Assembly: GCA_002717245.1 (NCBI GenBank)
Contig: PBCY01000019.1
Span: 19,970-83,969, forward strand
Direction of reading: 5' to 3'
DNA length: 64,000 bases
Source: Pelagibacteraceae bacterium
Lineage (GTDB): Bacteria > Pseudomonadota > Alphaproteobacteria > GCA-002720895
A program made the translations under genes and the position numbers. The notes under the pieces are model-generated. The model ran no database searches. It saw nothing but the letters and a program-made list of their open reading frames with translations, and had not been told where the DNA came from. This document shows, in pieces, positions 57,995 to 64,000 of the stretch. Position 1 is the first letter of the stretch; each line of letters opens with the position of its first letter.

Positions 57995-59067
57995 TATTTC
58001 TCGAAAATTCTTAAAGTGTCATTACCAATATTATTAAAATATAAATTCTTAAATTTTAACTTACTAATATTTTTTAAACTTAACTGTTTTTCAGAAAAAA
58101 TTTTTTCAATTTTAATATCGTTTTTTGATTTAAAATAATAAATCTTATCAATTAATTTATCTTTTAAAAAAAAATAATTTAAATTAGGCCCAGCTTCAAG
58201 TAAAACATTATTAAATCCCATATTTGCTATTTCATTAATTATATTTTTTAAATTGTTATTATGAAATTTAACACTTATTCCATATTTTTTTAATCTTCTT
58301 ATTTTTTTTTCATTATTAAAATTAGTAAATATATATGTCTTAATTTTTTTTGCAGTCTTAATAATTTTTAAATTTTCTTTAATTCTTAATTTGCTATCTA
58401 ATATAATTCTTACAGGAGAAAATTTTTGCATGCCATAATGTCTACAATTCAAAGTTGGATTATCTTTTAAAACTGTTTCTATTCCAGTAACAATAACATC
58501 GTGTTTTGCTCTTAAAAAATTACCATATGATCTTGAATCTTCTGAAGTAATCCAACTATTATTATTATTTATCATTTTACCATTTCTACTAATTGCAATT
58601 TTAGTGGAAACAAAAGGTTTTTTTTTTTTAATTTTATTAAAAAAACCTAAATGAGTTTTCTTTATTTCATCTTTTAATATTCCTAATGTAATTTTAATTT
58701 TTTTACTTTTTAATTTAGTAATTCCATTTCCATTAATTAAAGGATTTGGATCTTTTAAACCGATTACTACTCTTTTAATTCTTGATTTAATTATTTGATT
58801 AACACATGGAGGTGTGTTTCCATAATGTGAACATGGTTCTAAAGTTGTATACAAAGTTGCTCCAAAAAAACTTTTTTTTTTTAATGCAACTACTTCTGCG
58901 TGAGGTTTACCTCCTGGTTGTGTCCAACCTCTACTAACTATTTGATTATTTTTTACAATGACAACTCCTACTGATGGATTAGGAAATGTATTTCCTATGC
59001 CTCTTAAGGAAATATTAAGAGCATTCTTCATAAAATAACGATCTCTTTCAGAACTAAAGCGTTCCAT
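57994..59067 (-). CDS. ribD: bifunctional diaminohydroxyphosphoribosylaminopyrimidine deaminase / 5-amino-6-(5-phosphoribosylamino)uracil reductase
   Basis: 357 aa with the CMP/dCMP deaminase zinc motifs (HAEVVAL, TLEPCSHYGNTPPC) and a C-terminal RibD reductase domain. Confidence 0.93.
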   Translation of the reverse strand: MERFSSERDRYFMKNALNISLRGIGNTFPNPSVGVVIVKNNQIVSRGWTQPGGKPHAEVVALKKKSFFGATLYTTLEPCSHYGNTPPCVNQIIKSRIKRVVIGLKDPNPLINGNGITKLKSKKIKITLGILKDEIKKTHLGFFNKIKKKKPFVSTKIAISRNGKMINNNNSWITSEDSRSYGNFLRAKHDVIVTGIETVLKDNPTLNCRHYGMQKFSPVRIILDSKLRIKENLKIIKTAKKIKTYIFTNFNNEKKIRRLKKYGISVKFHNNNLKNIINEIANMGFNNVLLEAGPNLNYFFLKDKLIDKIYYFKSKNDIKIEKIFSEKQLSLKNISKLKFKNLYFNNIGNDTLRIFEK

Positions 59068-59077
59068 GTTACGACTA

Positions 59078-60382
59078 TTAAATTAATTTAGAATAAATAG
59101 GAAACTTTTTACATAATTCTAAGACTTGACTATTAACTTTTTTTTCAGCATCTGAATTATCATGTAAATTTTTTTGAAGTCCGTCTAAAACATCTCCAAT
59201 TAAATTTGCAATTAATTCAAATTCTTTTTCTTTAAAACCTCTTGTCGTTCCTGCAGGAGTTCCTAATCTGACACCTGATGTTATCCAAGGTTTTTCAGGA
59301 TCAAATGGAACACCATTTTTATTACAAGTTAATCCTGCTCTTTCTAAACTTGCCTCAGCATCTTTACCTGTCAATTTTTTTGGTCTTAAATCAACTAGAG
59401 CTAAATGAGTATCAGTTCCTCCAGATACAATATCAACTCCTCTTTTAATTAAAGTTTCAGATAAAATTTTTGCATTATTAATAACATTTTTAATGTATTC
59501 TTTAAACTCTGGTTGAAGAGCTTCGCCATAAGCAACAGCTTTAGCTGCAATAACATGCATCAAAGGGCCTCCTTGCATACCAGGGAAAACAGCAGAATTA
59601 AATTTTTTACCTAACTCTTCATCATTCGACAATATCATTCCTCCTCTTGGACCACGTAAAGTTTTATGCGTAGTTGTTGTTACTACATGAGCATGAGGTA
59701 AAGGACTTGGATATTCTCCTCCAGCAACACATCCTGCAAAGTGGGCCATATCAACTAAAAAATAAGCTTTTACTTTGTCTGCAATTTCTCTAATTTTTTT
59801 AAAATCTATAATTCTTGGATAAGCTGAACCACCAGCGATAATTAGTTTTGCTTTATTATCAACTGCAAGTTTTTCAATTTGATCATAATCTAAAAGTGCA
59901 TCTTTTTTTTTAACTCCGTATTGGACAGCGTTAAACCATTTACCTGAAACATTTGGTGCAGCGCCATGAGTTAAATGTCCTCCAGCGTCTAACGACATAC
60001 CAACAACAGTATCATGAGGCTTAACTAACGCTAACATTACTGCTTGATTTGCTTGTGAACCAGAATTTGGTTGCACGTTTGCGTATTTACAATCAAATAT
60101 TTCTTTAGCTCTATCGATAGCCAAATTTTCAACAGTGTCATAATATTCGCAACCACCATAATATCTTTTTCCAGGATAACCTTCAGCATATTTATTAGTC
60201 ATTAAAGAGCCTTGAGCTTGAATAACAGCAAGCGATGCAATATTTTCAGAAGCAATTAATTCAATTTGATTACTTTGTCTTTCATATTCATTTTGAAGCG
60301 CCTTAGTAATCTCAGGATCAATTGAATCAAGATTGTTTTGAAAAAATTTCTTTTGAATATTAATATCTGTTTCAATGCTCAT
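59078..60382 (-). CDS. glyA: serine hydroxymethyltransferase
   Basis: 434 aa with [24 protein letters not shown] (PLP lysine) and [17 protein letters not shown]. Confidence 0.97.
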   Translation of the reverse strand: MSIETDINIQKKFFQNNLDSIDPEITKALQNEYERQSNQIELIASENIASLAVIQAQGSLMTNKYAEGYPGKRYYGGCEYYDTVENLAIDRAKEIFDCKYANVQPNSGSQANQAVMLALVKPHDTVVGMSLDAGGHLTHGAAPNVSGKWFNAVQYGVKKKDALLDYDQIEKLAVDNKAKLIIAGGSAYPRIIDFKKIREIADKVKAYFLVDMAHFAGCVAGGEYPSPLPHAHVVTTTTHKTLRGPRGGMILSNDEELGKKFNSAVFPGMQGGPLMHVIAAKAVAYGEALQPEFKEYIKNVINNAKILSETLIKRGVDIVSGGTDTHLALVDLRPKKLTGKDAEASLERAGLTCNKNGVPFDPEKPWITSGVRLGTPAGTTRGFKEKEFELIANLIGDVLDGLQKNLHDNSDAEKKVNSQVLELCKKFPIYSKLI

Positions 60383-60400
60383 AAATAATTATATAAAAAA

Positions 60401-60835
60401 TTAATCTATTTTTTCCACTCGTTTTTTATGTCTACCACCTTCAAATGAAGTATTAATAAATATTTTAAAACAATTTTTAGCTTCGTCTACATCTATTTGT
60501 CTTCCAGGTAAAGTTAATATATTTGCATTATTATGCTGCCTAGCAAGCTTAGCATCATTTACATCTCTACATAACGCTGCCCTTATTCCTTTAAATCTAT
60601 TTGCGGTCATAGACATTCCAATGCCAGAACCACAAATTAAAACTGCTACGTCACTTTTTTTTTCTAAAATATTTTTTACTGCCATCTTTGCAAAATCAGG
60701 ATAATCAACTGAATCATTAGAATTAGTACCAAGATCTATAACTTTAAAACCCATATTTATTATCTCCTTTACTAAATAATTTTTTAAATCATACCCTGCG
60801 TGATCAGAAGCAATTGTAATATTTTTATTATTCAT
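60401..60835 (-). CDS. rpiB: ribose-5-phosphate isomerase B
   Basis: 144 aa with ITIASDHAGYDLK and ICGSGIGMSMTANR, the LacAB/RpiB family motifs. Confidence 0.93.
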   Translation of the reverse strand: MNNKNITIASDHAGYDLKNYLVKEIINMGFKVIDLGTNSNDSVDYPDFAKMAVKNILEKKSDVAVLICGSGIGMSMTANRFKGIRAALCRDVNDAKLARQHNNANILTLPGRQIDVDEAKNCFKIFINTSFEGGRHKKRVEKID

Positions 60836-60863
60836 GATTAAACCTTATAACTATACTTTTTTA

Positions 60864-62291
60864 TTATAAAAACTTTTTTTTATAAATATTTAAATCATAT
60901 CTAAGCTCAGATGCTAGAAAATACATACCGATTACATTTGGAAAAGCCATAGCAAAAATCATTGCATCAGAAAAATGTATTACACTATCTAATTCAGAGG
61001 CGGCTCCAACTATTATAAAAATACAAAAAATAATTTTATAAAAATTTTCTGCAAAAATACTATTTCCAACTATATAAGTCCAAGCCTTCATTCCATAATA
61101 TGACCAAGTGATAATTGTAGAAAAAGCAAATAAAATTACTGCAAGTGATAAAATATACGGGAACCAACTTATGTCTTTTTTAAAAGCTTGTGAAGTTAAT
61201 TCGACGCCTGAAATTCCTGAAGATCCATCATAAACACCAGAAATAATAATAACTAAAGCTGTCATAGTGCATATTATTATTGTGTCAAAAAATGGTTCAA
61301 AAAGAGAAACAAATCCAACTGACATATGATCATTACTCTTTACTGCTGAATATGCAATCGGCGCAGATCCTATCCCTGCTTCATTAGAAAATGTTGCTCT
61401 TTGAAATCCTACAATTAAAACTCCTAAAACACCTCCTAATCCAGCTTCTGGAGTAAAAGCTTTTGTGAAAATACTATTTATTGCATATGGCAACATTTGG
61501 TAATTAATAAGAATTATTACTAGAGCAGCTAAACAATAAATACCTCCCATAAACGGAACTACCTTCTCTGTTACTCTGGCAATTCCTCTTATTCCACCAA
61601 TAATAACTATTCCTACGATAATTGCTAAAATAGAACCAAATAACCATCCATAACCATAAAAAATACTTGTTTCGCCTCCAGTGGCAGTAAGTAATTGTTT
61701 AAAAGCTTGGTTGGATTGAAACATATTCCCGCCACCAAAAGATCCAAAAACTGTACAAATAGCAAAAGAAATTGCTAAAATTTTACCTAACGTTACATAA
61801 CCTTTGTTACTTAAACCTTTACTTAAATAATACATTGGGCCACCAGAGACGCTGCCATCCTTATTAAAAATTCTATATTTTAATCCTAAAGAACATTCAA
61901 CAAACTTTGCAGCCATAGCTAAAAAACCTGCAAAAATCATCCACAAAGTTGCTCCTGGTCCTCCTAAAGATACAGCTACAGCTACTCCAGCAATATTACC
62001 GAGTCCAACTGTTCCAGAAAGTGCTGCTGTCAATGCTTGAAAATGGGTCACTTCACCTTTTGCTTTATCAAACCTACTTTTAAACTTTCCAAAAATAAGA
62101 TCTAAAGAATGTTTAAATCCCCATATATTTACAAACTTTAGATAGAAACTAAAAAAAAGTGCTGCAAGAAAAAGCCAAACAACAACTAATCTAATTTGTG
62201 CCTCTCCGTATTGAATACTATAAAAAATTATATTAGAAATTAATTCTGAAATAGGCTCAAATTTTTCATTTATTATATGATCTAATCTCAT
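60864..62291 (-). CDS. alanine/glycine:cation symporter (AGCS family)
   Basis: 475 aa, about 11 TM helices, with GEVTHFQALTAALSGTVGLGNIAGVA and FSNEAGIGSAPIA, the AGCS signature. The start overlaps the bioA stop (ATGA). Confidence 0.9.
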   Translation of the reverse strand: MRLDHIINEKFEPISELISNIIFYSIQYGEAQIRLVVVWLFLAALFFSFYLKFVNIWGFKHSLDLIFGKFKSRFDKAKGEVTHFQALTAALSGTVGLGNIAGVAVAVSLGGPGATLWMIFAGFLAMAAKFVECSLGLKYRIFNKDGSVSGGPMYYLSKGLSNKGYVTLGKILAISFAICTVFGSFGGGNMFQSNQAFKQLLTATGGETSIFYGYGWLFGSILAIIVGIVIIGGIRGIARVTEKVVPFMGGIYCLAALVIILINYQMLPYAINSIFTKAFTPEAGLGGVLGVLIVGFQRATFSNEAGIGSAPIAYSAVKSNDHMSVGFVSLFEPFFDTIIICTMTALVIIISGVYDGSSGISGVELTSQAFKKDISWFPYILSLAVILFAFSTIITWSYYGMKAWTYIVGNSIFAENFYKIIFCIFIIVGAASELDSVIHFSDAMIFAMAFPNVIGMYFLASELRYDLNIYKKKFL

Positions 62292-63595
62292 TTAATTTTT
62301 TCAAGTCCTTCATAAATTATTTTATAAGCATATTTTAATTCTTTTTTTAAAATACAATAAGGTGGCATTAAATAAATTACATTACCAAGTGGCCTTAATA
62401 ATAATCCTTTTTTTAAAAAAAATTTTTTTATTTTATTTGGTAAAACCGCTTTATATCCAGCTCCAAATCCTTTTACTTCAAAAGCAAGTACTGTGCCACA
62501 AATTCTTATTTTTTCTATAAAAGATAATTTTAATAATTTTTTAGAAAAAGAATAATGTTCTTTTTCTATAAACTTTATATTTTTTAAAACTTTTTTTGAT
62601 TCAAATAAACTTAATGAAGCGATAGATGCAGCGCAACCTAATGGATTGGCAGTAAAAGAGTGACCATGAGCTAATGCTTTATCAAAATCATGCCCAAGGA
62701 AACTATTATAAATTTTATTTGTAGTAACTGTAAGAGACAATGGAAGAAAACCTCCGGTTAAACCTTTTGAAAGACAAATTATGTCTGGTTCTGATTTAAT
62801 TTTTTTACATGCAAATATTTCTCCTGTTCTTCCAAACCCAGTCATTACTTCATCATAAATTAAAAGATTATTATATTTTTTTACTATATTAGATAATTTT
62901 TTCATAAATTCTTTTCTACAAATATTCATTCCTCCAGAGCCTTGTATCAATGGCTCTATTATTAATCCAGCTATATCTTTGTTTCTTTTAAATTCATTTT
63001 CAATTTTATTTAATATTAAATTTTCTTTTTCATCAATTTCTCTATCGCCATACCATGTTGATGGGTAATTAAATAATTTAATTTTAAAAAATAATTCTTT
63101 AAAAACAGAAAATAATTCGGAACCACTAGATAAACTCATAGCGCCTACAGTATCTCCATGATAAGCATTTTTAAAAGCTATAAATGTCTTTTTTTTTTTT
63201 TTTTTATTTATCCAATATTGATAAGCTATTTTTAAAGCAACTTCTACTGCAGTAGATCCATTATCTGAAAAAAAAACTTTTTTTAATTTTTTTGGAAGAA
63301 TTTTGATTATCTTTTTAGATAATGTTATTGCTGGATCATGTGTAAAACCTCCAAAAACAACCTGTTCTAATTTTTTTGATTGTTTATAAATAGCTTTAGA
63401 AATATATGGATGACAATGCCCGTGAGTATTAACCCACCAAGATGATATTAAATCTATATATGTTTTACCTTTATCATCTTTTAATTTTGTCATATTGCCA
63501 GAAACAATTCTAATTGGTGTTGGAGAAATTTTATGTTGAGTATATGGATGCCATATGTATTTATTATCTAAGTTTATCGAATTTAAATTTTTCAT
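62288..63595 (-). CDS. bioA: adenosylmethionine-8-amino-7-oxononanoate aminotransferase
   Basis: 435 aa with HPYTQ, SSWWVNTHGHCHP, class III aminotransferase motifs (DEVMTGFGRTG, LSKGLTGG). Contains an in-frame A17 run (KKKKKK) at 63189-63205. Confidence 0.92.
   Translation of the reverse strand: MKNLNSINLDNKYIWHPYTQHKISPTPIRIVSGNMTKLKDDKGKTYIDLISSWWVNTHGHCHPYISKAIYKQSKKLEQVVFGGFTHDPAITLSKKIIKILPKKLKKVFFSDNGSTAVEVALKIAYQYWINKKKKKKTFIAFKNAYHGDTVGAMSLSSGSELFSVFKELFFKIKLFNYPSTWYGDREIDEKENLILNKIENEFKRNKDIAGLIIEPLIQGSGGMNICRKEFMKKLSNIVKKYNNLLIYDEVMTGFGRTGEIFACKKIKSEPDIICLSKGLTGGFLPLSLTVTTNKIYNSFLGHDFDKALAHGHSFTANPLGCAASIASLSLFESKKVLKNIKFIEKEHYSFSKKLLKLSFIEKIRICGTVLAFEVKGFGAGYKAVLPNKIKKFFLKKGLLLRPLGNVIYLMPPYCILKKELKYAYKIIYEGLEKIK
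63189..63205. repeat. T17 (A17 in the mRNA) homopolymer inside bioA, in frame
   Basis: Counted directly: 17 consecutive T. Encodes AAA x5 plus AAG (WINKKKKKKTFI) without disrupting bioA. Confidence 0.9.
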
Positions 63596-64000
63596 ATTTT
63601 AAAAAAACTCATAAATTTGTTTTTAGATAATATTTCAATTTTCTTTTTATTTATATTATTAATTAAAGGAATCTTAGCTAAAACTTTTGATTTTCCATAA
63701 TACTCTATTGATTTTGCATGATCGTTTCCTTCTTTATTGTTTTTAATGTTATTTAAAACAACACCAAAAACTTTTATTTTATTTTTTTTTAAAATTTCTA
63801 ATGTCATTAATGTGTGATTAATCGTTCCCAAAATAGATTTAGAGACAACAATGACAGGAAATTGAAACTTTTTAATTAAATCTATAATTAAATTTTTTTT
63901 ATTTAAAGGGACAAAAATTCCTCCAGCTCCCTCAATAATTAATGGATTAATATTATTTGGCTTCTTTATTCTTTTTAATTCAATTGGTATCTTTTCATAA
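63592..64000 (-). CDS. bioD: dethiobiotin synthase (partial; the N-terminus lies beyond the window end)
   Basis: The frame is open from the window edge: ...NPLIIEGAGGIFVPLNKKNLIIDLIKKFQFPVIVVSKSILGTINHTLMTLE... (EGAGG and LGTINHTL are BioD motifs). The ORF track lists only the part from an internal TTG (63831). Overlaps the bioA start by 4 nt. Confidence 0.88.
   Translation of the reverse strand, partial: YEKIPIELKRIKKPNNINPLIIEGAGGIFVPLNKKNLIIDLIKKFQFPVIVVSKSILGTINHTLMTLEILKKNKIKVFGVVLNNIKNNKEGNDHAKSIEYYGKSKVLAKIPLINNINKKKIEILSKNKFMSFFKI

Noticed and set aside
59068-59077. Expected riboswitches: FMN upstream of the rib genes, glycine upstream of the AGCS symporter or glyA, TPP upstream of thiL
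   Set aside because: The upstream spacers are 10 nt (ribD), an ATGA overlap (symporter), 18 nt (glyA) and an 8-nt overlap (thiL). That is far too short for any aptamer, and no GC-rich structured intergenic segment exists in the window apart from the tRNAs.

Overview
Visibly AT-rich (about 70% A+T by eye, not computed) and very gene-dense chromosomal segment. I call about 73 CDS and 6 tRNA genes in 64 kb. Most intergenic gaps are under 80 nt and many neighbouring genes overlap by 1-17 nt. The content is almost entirely housekeeping, arranged in typical alphaproteobacterial synteny blocks: coaD-gyrA; ssb/uvrA; argS-(SPOR-like stub)-nagZ-scpAB-(ABC importer)-tatABC-serS-pcm-yajC-secDF; dgt/erpA-xthA; ilvD-valS-tolC-pcm-like; greA; recJ-glpX-hom; argC; rplM-rpsI; cutA-merR-ihfA-fabH-plsX-rpmF; bamE; H+-PPase; thiL-nusB-ribH-ribBA-ribE-ribD-glyA-rpiB; and an AGCS symporter-bioA-bioD. 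Composition, packing and synteny fit a streamlined marine Pelagibacterales (SAR11)-like alphaproteobacterium, but I cannot confirm that without a database search. All product calls come from motifs recognised by eye in the translated ORFs. I found no rRNA, IS element, transposase, integrase, phage gene, CRISPR array, recognisable defence or toxin-antitoxin module, or GC-rich structured intergenic RNA. I do not see a convincing novel multi-gene system, and the window is essentially core genome. Five observations deserve a second look. (1) Two central genes, glpX and plsX, are each split by a frameshift inside an 11-nt A/T homopolymer, and they need corrections of opposite sign, while even longer runs (up to 17 nt in bioA) stay in frame. 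(2) tRNA genes sit flush against CDS boundaries, 0-16 nt in most cases. This includes a tRNA-Pro / NDUFS4-like CDS / tRNA-Arg cassette and a tRNA-Asn 8 nt upstream of a sulfur-amino-acid operon, which suggests tRNA-punctuated mRNAs. (3) None of the seven convergent gene junctions leaves room for an intrinsic terminator (at most 13 nt), and two share a TTAA double stop. (4) One divergent gene pair has start codons only 8 bp apart. (5) Small genes were missed by the ORF track: tatA, and a possible 30-aa membrane peptide.
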